Source: Eledone cirrhosa (lineage: Eukaryota). From it: a DNA stretch of 64,000 nucleotides. The stretch's first letter is position 1. Each line of letters starts with the position of its first letter. Positions 1 through 11,975 of this stretch are shown piece by piece. The translations under genes and the position numbers were made by a program. The notes under the pieces were generated by a model. The model worked only from the letters and a program-made list of their open reading frames with translations. It was not told the DNA's origin and ran no database searches. The stretch lies in the NCBI GenBank assembly GCA_964016885.1, contig OZ024743.1, forward strand, positions 320,664,001 to 320,728,000, read 5' to 3'.

Positions 1-235
1 AAAGAATCGCTGGAGAGATTTTACGGGCAAAACCAACCGGCAGGAGATCCAGGGGTAGATTCCGAACAAGATGGTTGGATAACAGCCATGAGCTTGGCTG
101 GTCTCGTTTGAGGATCCAGCGGGATCAGTTGGAGACGGTTGCTTCTTACAGGAACCACTGGGAGGTATGTGTGAGGACTCTGCCCCCACGAACCTATCAG
201 GAATAAGTGGGCAAAGAAAAAAAGGAAGAAAAAGA
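1..235 (+). mobile_element. 3' end fragment of RTE-clade LINE
   Basis: Translates ...KPTGRRSRGRFRTRWLDN...QLETVASYRNHW..., homologous to the RTE C-terminus at 20300-20520; ends in a GAA/A-rich tail. Confidence 0.7.
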
Positions 236-299
236 TGAAAATATTTCAATTGTATCCGGGTTTAGAAGATTAGCAAATTGTGTTCTGAACCCCACATGG

Positions 300-940
300 A
301 TGTATCTCTTTGAAGAGAGGAGGACTGAAATCACGTTTCTGATAGCAGGTTTCGAATAGGAATTTGTATTACGAAGTCGGTGGATGGTCTGCCAAAATAA
401 TTTATCTGCTATCTGACGTCTTCCCTTGTCTTAACTTTGGACGCCATTATTGTCTCTGTTGCGACATTTTGCGCCTGATTTACCGCAAGTGATAAATGGG
501 GAAACTATTTACAAGTCAATCTTTGTAGGTCTCCTTCTTTAGTCAGATGGCATATTTGACCCCTTTATTGGACCAATGGACCACCCAGTGTCACGCCAAA
601 CCAATTTCGGCTACAACATTTAACAGCTGAATTAGAAACTACCGAGCTAAACAGTCACTACTCTGTTTCAACGCCATCGCTTTACTCAGTTCTCTGAATT
701 TGTATGCAATAGTATCCGCATAACTGTTCCTTATTTTCTTATCCGTCAACGCTTCCCACTTAATTCCGTAGACGTCTTAACACTGCCAGATCTGTGGGCT
801 CTCTTGACATTAGTTAGTCTCAAGTTACAAATAACTAGATGGTGATCAATTAACAATTCAGCCTCTCTTGCTGCATAGATGCACGAGAGAAGTGAATGAT
901 TACTGAAAAGCAATTTGGCGAAACTGCAGTCTGGACTGTG
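300..940 (-). mobile_element. Decayed LINE (RTE-like) endonuclease-region remnant
   Basis: Minus strand near 815-860 reads ...IDHHLVICNLRL, resembling the APE C-terminal S/TDH motif; the rest is degraded. Confidence 0.4.
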
Positions 941-1610
941 AATAAAAATAGGTATATTTTTCTCTATTATTTACTCGCATTTTTAGTTTGATAAATAGCT
1001 CTGATTAATTGATTATTTTAACTCTTTCGGTCATTGAGCAAAACTAGTCAACGCCGGAGCCGTATACACATATACTAGTGCATCTTTCTGTGCAACTCAT
1101 TACTATTAGTATATATATGTGTGTGTGTATGTGTGCGCGTGTGTATGCATTTAAAAAATTATATTTTCGTAACGTTGTATGAGAAATATTTCACACGCCA
1201 AAATATAATACAAAATACACTTAGTCAATTTTCAGGAACACTTGTTTCTAGAAGTAAAGCTGTAATGAATCTGAAGGTGCCTGGCCATCAACATCGTTTG
1301 TGCAGTCGAGAAAATATTAAAGGTATGGCATTTAACTAATTACAGGATCGGAAGACCACTTAGTTTGCATATCATCATCATTTATTCATTGATTAATTGA
1401 ATACGTTAAGAGTTCAACGAAGACTATAATTGATTAACCATAATTAAAACCCATGTTAATACTTCAAGGATTATGAGAAGTTCTCTTCTAGTACCCCATA
1501 TCCTTCATACGGCTGTACATCCTAATTTCGGGTTATGCAAAGATATGAAGGGAACATTTATAGATTTTCAAGTAAGTGCTCAAAATATCGATACATAATG
1601 TCGTACATAC

Positions 1611-2177
1611 CTCCACAAGTTTTTTCAACCAATTTCTTTTCGATTGATTTTAGAACATCAAAGTTGTCGACTGAAAATACATATTCACTGCTTGGCGAGC
1701 TACCAATCGTATTTAACTCAGCTTTTCCAATACCTTTGCCGATTCCAATAGCAAAAACTATCGTGTTCTCTTTTCGTAATTTCCTTGCTGCCTCAGCTGT
1801 TAAGGTTGCATTTTTAGATTTTCCATCAGTTATAACGATAGCAATATTCGGGGCATTTTGTCTATCTCCATTGCTTGCCTTAAAAGCACTAGTTCTCAAG
1901 TAATTAAGAACCTTGTGCGTGTAAGTAGATCCTCTCTTGTAAGGTATTCTATCGATAGCTTTTATTATGTCGTTCTTCGTATAATATTTCTTCAGGTAAA
2001 ACACATTTGTGGGATTGGAACTGAATTTTACGACTCCAACACGAATGCTGTCGCGACCGATGTCAAAAGAACTCACTATGTCTTTAACAAAATTCCTCAT
2101 TTTTTTAAAGTTGTGGAGTTTAACACTACCGGATTCATCCAGCACGAACACAACATCAGCAACTGCGTTATTACAAG
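1611..2177 (-). CDS. Exon 6 of secreted EGF-vWA protein: complete von Willebrand A domain (matrilin/collagen VI-XII-like)
   Basis: Acceptor ttttacttttAG at 2179-2178, donor GTATGT at 1610-1605; 567 nt, phase 1-1. MIDAS DESGS, GSTYT and ITDG motifs; flanking Cys at both ends (CNNAVADVVFVLD...VEKTC). Confidence 0.93.
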
Positions 2178-2483
2178 CTAAAAGTAAAACATAAAATATT
2201 GCCAAGACATGAAAAAAAACACGATAGTAAAGTTTACATCATTTAGAAAGTAAGATTATAAGTAGCTTTATATTAATATATATGATTGTATATATTTTAT
2301 TGTAATTCATACTATCGTAGAAGATTACGGCAATTTCTATTAAGCAATTATTATTAAGTATCATTATGATTATAGGGATATTACTGCTGTAAGTGTGGAT
2401 GGGTGCTATGGTGACATCAGTAGAACGTCGGATAAAATGCCTTATATGTTATGTTTTCAAATTCTGCTGAGGTCGATTCGGTT

Positions 2484-2730
2484 GTAAACCTTGCATTTTC
2501 AGATTTTCCCTTGTATATAATGATTGCAATATTCAGGACACTTAGCATATCTACGAATCATGGATTAAAATATTTTCTCAAGTAACCAAGAACCTTGTGA
2601 GTGTAGGCACTTCCAATTTGTATGTTATTCTACCGATAACCCTCCTAATATCTCATTGACTTAATATTTATGTTGGTTAAACTTCACTTTGGTTTGGAAA
2701 CTGAATGATAGGGCTCCGACTCTAACGCTG
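2484..2730 (-). pseudogene. Decayed partial duplicate of the vWA exon (pseudo-exon)
   Basis: Collinear matches to 1798-2050, e.g. ttgcattttcagattttcc vs ttgcatttttagattttcc and ttctcaagtaaccaagaaccttgtg vs ttctcaagtaattaagaaccttgtg; contains stops and frameshifts. Confidence 0.75.
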
Positions 2731-3949
2731 TTTTGATAGTTTGCCTTGATTTCATTTTCTGTTTTTTATGGGCATATTCCAGAGGATTATGGCCAAGCTG
2801 ATGTCATATACCATGTTTAGTATATTTTTATACTGCTTCTTGTCCAGTTTCATGAAGATTTGTCATACTGTCCAGTGGATATAGTTGTCAATTCGAGCAT
2901 ACTCGTGTATCTATTCAGAATTGGGAAGAACCGGGCTTTCAGAGGTAATGGAGTCAACAGTAATGCTTGTACGTTCTCCATTTAGTTTTAGGATCCGTTT
3001 CTATTATTCTATTCTCATAGTTCTTCATGACCAAACTTTCGCTTCATGAACTAGTACTTCCGTTTTTGTTTTGACCCTGAAGCATCTGAGCCTTTCCTGG
3101 CATACAAGTTGATATAATTTCTTTCTGACACGCCTTACCAAATATTGGCCATGGTATTGTCTATCCCAGCCTGTCTTCGATTCTAGCTTATTAGACATGT
3201 CGACTCTAACGGCACTCTCGAAGTGAATGTTGATAACAACGTAGATATATTTGACATCAGAGGTTTTGCTGACATCTGCGTAATAGATATTAAAACAAAC
3301 CATAGCTTATTGCTACTATATTGCCATCAGTTGAGGCTCCGGAAATTGTCACAAATTAAGCAAGGCAATGTGTCCCACTACTTCATCATTATCAGCAGTA
3401 TTGGCCAGGGGCAAGTAGCATCCAGCAGTAGAAATGTCCAAGCTACCAGTGTCTTTTCAGTGAGAACTTAAAAATGGGTCTTCCGAATCATTATAATGAG
3501 TCAATGAGGTTAAAATATAACTTGTATACAGAACGTGAAAATATATAAATTGTATACAGAGTGAAAAAAAAAATGGTCGACCATTTCTACACACCCGCGG
3601 TTTCGACACCCAGAACACAATCTCAAACAAAACCCACTGGACTCTCGAATTACTTTAACTTGAGAGCTAGCCTAACGTGAAATTGCCATAGCATCTTAAG
3701 GAAAGTGACGAAACATTAAACTGATGTGGCAGGTAAAATGACCCTTATAAGGAAGCAGATTTGATGAAGAAAACAGCAAGTTTCTAGCCACGAATTGAGA
3801 TTCTTTTTCTAAAGTTGGAGAGGAAATATAGTCAGCATTGAGGCTGTTGATAAAGAAATGTTGTTTTTTTGTGCGTGGTTTGACAGTAACAATGCCAGGA
3901 TTGAATATTGAATGGGATGTTGGATATACGGACGGATGGATTGATAAAT

Positions 3950-4012
3950 TGATAAATAGATAGAGAGACAGATATTTAGATAGATATTAGATAGATAGAT
4001 AGATAGAGAGAT

Positions 4013-4065
<53 letters not shown>

Positions 4066-4106
4066 ACCCAGAAAGATAGACATATATGTATATATGTGTA
4101 TGTGTG

Positions 4107-4139
<33 letters not shown>

Positions 4140-4150
4140 GGAGAGATAGG

Positions 4151-4221
<71 letters not shown>

Positions 4222-4260
4222 TGAGGGAGATAGAGAGAGAGACAGACAGAGTGATTCATA
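3950..4260. repeat. Compound (GATA)n/(GA)n/(TA)n microsatellite
   Basis: Direct inspection. Confidence 0.95.
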
Positions 4261-4321
4261 GACGAATATATTGATAGATAAGGGAGAGAGTAAGAGAGTG
4301 ATAACAAATCAGTTAACTTAC

Positions 4322-4342
4322 ATTTCGTTGCAGGTTGTTTGC
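4322..4342 (-). CDS. Exon 5: 21-nt linker microexon (S)KQPATK(S)
   Basis: atgtttctctacttttatcgggacAG|GCAAACAACCTGCAACGAAAT|GTAAGT; phase 1-1, in frame between the EGF and vWA exons. Confidence 0.72.
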
Positions 4343-4777
4343 CTGTCCCGATAAAAGTAGAGAAACATAATCAATATGATAGAAATGATTGAAATGTAAC
4401 CAATGGTAAAGTTTACAAAAACAAAAACTAACTTTAAATCAACTATGATACAATATATATTTTCATACCAGTGTCATTAAATAGTATACCAACAGCAACA
4501 ACAACAACAAAAACGAATAAAACTAAGAGGAAATACATTTGAAATACGATGTTTTCACTTTTTAAATATTTCAAAATGTCTACATTTAGAAAATGTAAAT
4601 GTTTATTGAAAGTTTAAAAGAAAAACATTTGAGCAACATCTAAAATAAGTGTATATATTTGTATTTCTTCGCTGGTAGCAGTCAGGGGGCTGCAGTCATG
4701 CTGTGACATAATATTTAATGTTCGTTTAGTCTATTGGTACCAGTCCACTAATTTGATTGGACTTTCATTCCACACAG

Positions 4778-4832
<55 letters not shown>

Positions 4833-5306
4833 TTTCAACAATGTCATTATTCCGTGTGTCATAATTCTCGATTAACATTGTAACATTGATTCATAGGTTT
4901 CAAACGACTCCGCCCACCTCAACGATGCCAAACTTAAATTAATATGCATAATGCCAATTATGGAGTGAGAGGGGAGAGTAAGAAACAGAGAGGCATAGTG
5001 AACGCTGTAACTATTACCATGTGTGCGTGTGTATTTACGTGCACGTATGTTTATGTGTGTGAGCGTGCTTGCAACGTTCCGGAGAAAGTAAAAGCAAATC
5101 AACTTTATCAAACAGTGAACTACAGCGGCGACGGCTTGCAGCCAGGAATGAAGAAAACGGCCCGAACAGCGCCATCGGAACGCCGAACTTCAGAGGCGAA
5201 GACGTGCCGCCATGCACATCTCCAACGAAACACTGGAGCCAAGCAGCGACGGCGTGCTGCGGTGGTTGAAGACGAACTGGCTGATCATCATCTTTTATAT
5301 TATTTA

Positions 5307-5658
5307 TCTATATCTACATATAATATAAAAGATTGGAACTTCCATCATCCTTTTGTGAAATGTGGAACAACCACGTCTATGCAATGATACACGTTTTACA
5401 GTCAGGCAGAAGATGAACCATCTCCTAGAGGTCACTATTCTAGGTGGGAGCACATAGAATTGTTCATATACTATGCACAAACGGTACAAAGAAGAATCTG
5501 GTATACCTGGAAGATTTTTTTACTGTTTTTTGTATCACACAGACACATCGGACTCGCCTCATACTGTAAACAGACAAACATCGAATACAGTCATTTTCTC
5601 TTTTACCTGTCTTCTCTTATCATCTTTTTACCCGGGCGAAGCTGGGTACGTCAGCTAG
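5307..5658 (+). mobile_element. Non-autonomous Helitron-like element
   Basis: 5' A|TCTATATCTACATATAATATAAAA; 3' GC-rich hairpin ACCCGGGCGAAGCTGGGT followed by CTAG|T; no TSD. Confidence 0.65.
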
Positions 5659-5996
5659 TATATATATATACAAACATTTGATTTTGATTTTAATTTTAAA
5701 CCTTTCGTTTTTAACTCCTAACAATTCTTTTTAATTTTTTACACTCAACATTTGATAAGATAGATTTTAATAACACATCGAAACCGGTAATTCTTCATAT
5801 ACTTTATATACATCATAAAAAATTGTTTTAAAAAGAATTGTCCCTCTCATTTTTTAATAACATTATCTTTTCAATAATGTCACTTTGACGAATCAAAAGT
5901 GAAAAACAGACCCTTAAATATATCTCCCGTGCTATTTCCAGCTTAACCTTTTCTCTATATCAACTGTTTTGTATAGAACCTTACTTCCCTTTTCTA

Positions 5997-6056
<60 letters not shown>

Positions 6057-6597
6057 GTGTGTTTGTGTGTGTGGGGGGGGGGTATGTGTGTGTGTGTGTG
6101 TGTGTGTATGTGTCTGTGTCAGTATCCGTGTGTATGTGTGTGTGTTTGTGTATGTGTGTATCTATGTGTGTGTGTGTCTGTGTGTTATAAAATATATGGA
6201 TCATGCTTCTCGAATTATATTCGAAATGATATCTAAGCGTATTTATATGATATAATTCGAAATGGTTCATCTAAATAATTGTCGAGTAAATGAATTGGAA
6301 TACGGGAGAGAGAGAGAGAGAGACGGATGTGCGGAGAACAGGTGAGCATAAAAGGTCTTCAGTGGACTGTAGAATTACTTCAAGCTCCATTTAATTGGTT
6401 CTTTCCCCACTGAAGCAATAGATTTGTATCTCTTGAAATCTCTCCTGCTTTGAATTTCGGCTGCTTTCTTGCTGGTGATGCATCTCTCTTGTTAGTTCAA
6501 ATACATTCATATTTCTTCTAGACAAGTAGACGTTGGACCTTTTAACGAACCAGTACATGTCGTTCAGTTTGGCTAGTTATATGAGCATTACGGCAGT

Positions 6598-6995
6598 TCG
6601 TTAGATAATTGTTTCTACTTTAGGCACAAGGCCAGCAATTACCCAGTGCGTTACAGGTACTTTATTTCATCGACCCCGTAAGGATGAAAGGCAAAGTCAA
6701 CCTCGGCGGGATTTGAACTCAGATCGTAAAGGGACGTAACTATGCTGGAAAGCATGGCGTCCGACCCTCTACCGATACTGCCAATCCACCGCCCTTCGTT
6801 AGATAATTGTTTCTACTATTGGCACAAGGCCAGAAATTACCCAGTAAATTACTGGTACTTTATTTTATCGACCCCGAAAGGATGAAAGGCAAAGTTAACC
6901 TCGGCGGGATTTGAACTCAGAATGGCAAGGGCCGTAGCTCTATGCGTCAAAGCATGGCGTCCGAACCTCTACCGATACTGCCAATCCAATGCCTT
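6598..6995 (-). mobile_element. Two tandem tRNA-derived SINE copies
   Basis: B-box-like GAGTTCAAATCCC, core GCCTTTCATCC..GGGGTCGAT..AGTACC, tail GGCCTTGTGCC..AGTAGAAACAATT. TTCGTTAGATAATT is repeated at ~6597 and ~6795 (likely TSD). Confidence 0.88.
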
Positions 6996-7493
6996 TGAAG
7001 AATGCTCTCTGTTCTCAAAAATATCTTGTGCTGATCGGATCTAACTTAATCTGTCGTCCATCTCTGGTTGACAAACTAAAATTAGCTGGGATCCCACCTC
7101 AGCATGTAAATACCATAATAATAAAATTAAAAAAATTAAATAAATAAATAAAATGTATGGTTTCGATCTCCACTGCCAAAAAAAATGTTGTGGTTTGGTC
7201 CATCTGGTGCAGATTTTCAGCAGCAGCAACTTCGGAATAGTTTCATCTGCAGGTTAACCGCTTCCCCATATCAACAGCTTGTTTTTACCTTTCTTCTAAA
7301 CGTTGTAAATATTTAATAGCAACTATAATTAACATACACACTCGAAAGCTTACTGTGAACAGTATTGCAAGTCTAGCTATGACAACACTATTTATATTTG
7401 TTTTACCAATAATATTTATAAATCTAAGTGAGAAAAGTGACTAATAGAATACTTATCCCTTAATTTCAAGAGTTGTAATTATCATTTATTATT

Positions 7494-7678
7494 TTGGCAG
7501 TATCGGTAGAGGGTATGACGCCATGCTTTCCAGCATAGAGTTACGTCCCTTTACGGTATAAGTTCAAATCCCGCCGAGGTTAACTTTGCCTTTCATCCTT
7601 GCGGGGTCGATAAAATAAAGTACCAGTAATGCACTGGGATAATTGTTGGTATTGTGCCAAAAGTAGAAACAATTATTT
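7494..7678 (+). mobile_element. tRNA-derived SINE (same family)
   Basis: TGGCAGTATCGGTAG A-box-like head, AGTTCAAATCCC B-box, same core and tail. Confidence 0.88.
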
Positions 7679-7922
7679 TACGATATCATTTTTATACGTT
7701 TTACGACCCCTCCTTCGTATATTATGTATATTACGTCGGTGCTAGCTAGTACCATGCCGGACACTATCTATTTACAATACATACACTCTACTTTCCCAAG
7801 TATCGAGTGCTTAGCTGAATATGGTCATACTAGTCTACATTGGTAGCGCTAAATCTCTCTCTCTCTATATATATATATAGGGAGAAAAAGATATATACAT
7901 ATATATATATATGTATGTATAG

Positions 7923-8193
7923 ATATCTTTCTTTATTTGCCATAAGGGCGTACAAAAATGGGACATTACAAGAAGTGACGGCGGGGATTTTACATAAAAT
8001 CTTTAACAATGATGAATAACAATAGACTATATATAAAATAAAACAATCGAAATCCCCAAAAGGGGGAACGTTCCTGCGGGGTTGTTTTACACCCCGTTTA
8101 TAGAACAACCCCCAACACCAGGAACACGTTTTGTAGGTGTTCCCGTCTTCCCTCTGTTTATCTTCCTCAACCTACAGGTTTATATACAGAGAA
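7923..8193 (-). mobile_element. Solo 3' fragment of the Tx1-like LINE, abutting (GATA)n at 8195-8332
   Basis: Minus strand: ...TATATAAACCTGTAG, then a 3' UTR ending GCCCTTATGGCAAATAAAGAAA, closest to array unit G (57300-57579). Confidence 0.85.
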
Positions 8194-8202
8194 GATATAG
8201 AC

Positions 8203-8268
<66 letters not shown>

Positions 8269-8276
8269 ATAGATAA

Positions 8277-8331
<55 letters not shown>

Positions 8332-8426
8332 TACGCTTTCATATAATATATATGTAATTTTGAAATTATACACAAATGTTTATTGTAAATTACTTTTATT
8401 TTGTTTACATTTACAGTGTGACTTAC

Positions 8427-8537
8427 TTGTTTGGCAATTCTTTCCGCTGAAACCGTCTTTACATACGCACCTATATCCCAAAAGAAACGGATGACAACTT
8501 CCATTGTTCTGACAAGGTTTTCGGTGGCATGGTCCCT
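8427..8537 (-). CDS. Exon 4: EGF-like domain
   Basis: tattttAG|...|GTAAGT; 111 nt, phase 1-1; GPCHRKPCQNNGSCHPFLLGYRCVCKDGFSGKNCQT has six Cys in EGF spacing. This frame is not in the ORF track. Confidence 0.92.
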
Positions 8538-8554
8538 CTAAAATACAGACGTGT

Positions 8555-8615
<61 letters not shown>

Positions 8616-9040
8616 CAAAAGAATGAGTGAATGAAAGAGTTACTAGTCGTTAAAACATATCTTTATATAGCTCTTACACGTGTTCTGAATCCGAGTAACT
8701 TCTTAGATGAATTGATCATATGAAGATACAACTTCGATCCAAATTGGCATTATTTTTCTAGGCCTTCAAATTCGCACCCCAACGTGTCCCCATACATTAG
8801 GTATATATGTGTACAGTGTTTAACGACATTACCAACAGTCTATCATATTCACACATAAACACGGCATCATTTATGCTGAGTTGACCAACCCCACATATGT
8901 TAATTCCTTTTAAATAAATAAAAAATGTTTTCCCATAGCTTGTATTGGACATAAGTAATGCAGTAAACTGTCTACAGGCACCGGTAATTACCTCCCTTAG
9001 CGAATTATACCCTTTTCACCGTATTTATTATATATATATT

Positions 9041-9157
<117 letters not shown>

Positions 9158-9332
9158 AATATATATATATATATATATGTGTACATATATATATATATAT
9201 GTGGGTATGTATGTATATATATGTATATATATATATATATGTATATATATATGTAGCGAAGGAAAAGTTGTAAGGAACCAGGTGGACCATAACGCACCAA
9301 AGTACTCAATACTTAGGGTAGTAGGGAGGGTG

Positions 9333-9459
9333 ATAGGAGTAAGTAAGACCCCGACGGCTGAGCTCAAGCCGTTTCGACGGCTAATTCAGTACAGAATTAG
9401 TACAGAATTAGCCGTCGAAACGGCTTGAGCTCAGCCGTCGGGGTCTTACTTACTCCTAT
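9333..9459. mobile_element. Fold-back PLE pLTR remnant containing the 3' half of a hammerhead
   Basis: 55-bp inverted arms 9333-9387 / 9405-9459; GAA-ACGGCT-tgagctc-AGCCGT-C is stem III plus a GUC site; lies between (TA)n tracts. Confidence 0.7.
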
Positions 9460-9509
9460 ATATATATATGTATATATATATAGAGATAGATAGATATATA
9501 TATACACAC

Positions 9510-9582
<73 letters not shown>

Positions 9583-9727
9583 CATACATATATATATGTG
9601 TGTGTGTGTATGTATATATATGTATATATATATATATATATATAGTACGTTATTCCGGGTTGAATCGGAGGTAACCACAGTAAGTAAGGTACTCAATACA
9701 TTGCAGAGTATAAAAGTTTTAATATAG

Positions 9728-9815
9728 ATGAGATTCTACAGGACTAGAACTGTTTCATTCTTTAGAAATCATCATGATGATTTCTAAAGAATGAAACAGT
9801 TCTAGTCCTGTAGAA

Positions 9816-9821
<6 letters not shown>
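9728..9821. mobile_element. Perfect 94-bp palindrome derived from a hammerhead-bearing pLTR
   Basis: Centre 9774/9775 falls inside the (C)TGATGA core; same family as the intact hammerhead at 59351-59401; followed by (TA)n. Confidence 0.8.
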
Positions 9822-9909
<88 letters not shown>

Positions 9910-10580
9910 TTACACACACACATTAATATTAATTTTTAAGAGAAATAATTACCGCCATCATTTTACATCCAAATGTGTAAGTATTATATGAAAATACAAA
10001 TGCGTACATTTAAATAGATAACATTAATTGTTTCTATTTTTAGCACAGGCCAGCACATTAAAGGGGGTGGGGGTAATCGATTAACTAGATCCCGTAAGGA
10101 TGAGCTCAACTAGTAAATGGACGTAACTATATGCTACAAAGCATATTTCCGACGCTCTACCGATGTCATTAATGAATATTTTTATTGATTGAAGCAATAT
10201 TAAAGTATACGTTTTATAACAATACCAATTTGATTTATCCCATAAAATCTATTTAGTTACAAATTAGTAATTGCAGCCGATAATAAGTTGATTATAAAGT
10301 TTGGGAATATATTAGATACTGTTAAAATAATATGTATGAATAATGCTGGGAAGGTCATATCTGGCCGCTAGTTAGTCGTATATGATATGAGGCGAAATAA
10401 CCACACTACCAATTCAAAAGCCAAACTAATTGATTAGTTCATTGAACATAATTATATGATAATCGAGTTATTGTAGAACCCATGCCCTTACCCAGGCACA
10501 CACACACACATATATATGTATATATATATAAAAAAGTGAAGAATAACATGGTCAACACTCAAACAAGGAGATTTATTTAC

Positions 10581-10687
10581 AGTCTAACAATTGTTTCCAT
10601 GATAGAGTTGTCTAGAAATTGCTAAACACTGAAGACAGCATAACTCAATTTAAAATACATGCAACCTCCATCATTTCATCATAAACT
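10581..10687 (-). ncRNA. Degenerate type-I hammerhead (core ATGATGA)
   Basis: Stem I AGTTT/AGACT, long stem II ATGATGGAGGTTG/CAACTCTATCAT, GAA, palindromic stem III ACAATTGT, site GUU; C3 is mutated. Confidence 0.6.
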
Positions 10688-11440
10688 TATGAGAAATACA
10701 AAATACATGCGTAACGGTAAACATATAAATTCAAATTACTACATCAATAATAGTATTAATGAAAAAGAAATAAAGGAAGGGGGACAGATGTAAAGGAGAG
10801 GGGGGAAAAGAACAGCGAAAGAGAGAACGAAGATATAGTTAAATGTATAACCGACAAAGTTACGAAATCAAACTATCACATCAAAATAAATATAATATTA
10901 ATAATAAAGATACAGATAGAAAGAAAGAAGGGGGATGTAGTAAAGGCAGAGAAGAAAAAGAAGGATGAATAAGGAAGAGGAGAAAGAGATAGAGGAAGAT
11001 TAAGAAGGAGGCAGGAAGCAGGGAAGGATAATAATTATTGATGAATACGGGATAGGAAGGAGGAAAAAGGAAGATAAACAGACGGACGAATATACATTAC
11101 TGCAGGGATGAAAGCAAATAAGAAATAGAGATTTAAGCAAAGAGATAAATAAATAAATAAATAAATAAATAAGTAAATAAATAAATAAATGCATAAATAA
11201 AAGGATAGATAAATAGATAAATAAATAGATAGATAAATAAATAAACAATTTACATCTATTGTTATATAAAATGGTATAATATGTGAAACGTAGAGATGAG
11301 AATAAATAAATAAATAAATAATAAATAAATAAATAAATAATTGGATATTTAAATTAGCTAATTTGAGATGTCTTACATGATAGGATAAAATGATCACCCG
11401 TCTTCGGGTGTGTAGTTGGTGGTGCGAGTACGGAGTTAAT

Positions 11441-11742
11441 TATTATAAAATAACAGGAGGCTCGACTGGTGTAAATCCTTGAAAGGTTTATTATACTATG
11501 ATCATTTCAATGACAGGGTTCAGTATGAATCCGGTGACATCATCAGGTAATTCAAAATATAACGAAGGAATATAACAGATAAAATCCATTGTGCTGAAAA
11601 TCAGAGACGGGAGGGCGACCGGCAATTTAGCAGCATCTACCTCTGTCACCGGATTCATACTGAACCCGGTCATTGAAATGATCATAGTATAATAAACCTT
11701 TCAAGGATTTACACCAGTCCAGCCTCCTGTTATTTTATAATA
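11441..11742. mobile_element. Fold-back PLE pLTR remnant (99-bp arms)
   Basis: Inverted arms 11441-11539 / 11644-11742 with about 2 mismatches; ends in TA repeats. Confidence 0.8.
11494..11549 (-). ncRNA. Type-I hammerhead ribozyme (PLE-associated)
   Basis: TAC-CTGATGA-[stem II]-GAA-ATGATCAT-A-GTA; palindromic stem III, short stem I. Confidence 0.68.
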
Positions 11743-11975
11743 TATATATATAGTATCTGCGTACATGTTTAAGATATATATGAGTGTTTGTGTATACGTG
11801 TGTCATCCATTTTTGATTGTCAGTTCATAAAATCATAAGAATAGTGAGAGGAAAAAGAAAGACAAAAGATAATTGCAGTAATTTTAAAACATGATACCAA
11901 AAGATAATGTAGACAAAAACACACGAAACAATAATAACAAACCTATGCAGAATTATGCAGTAAAATATTTCATAA

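Noticed and set aside
1558-2205. 215-aa ORF as a complete single-exon gene
   Set aside because: Both ends are intron read-through; splice sites delimit 1611-2177.
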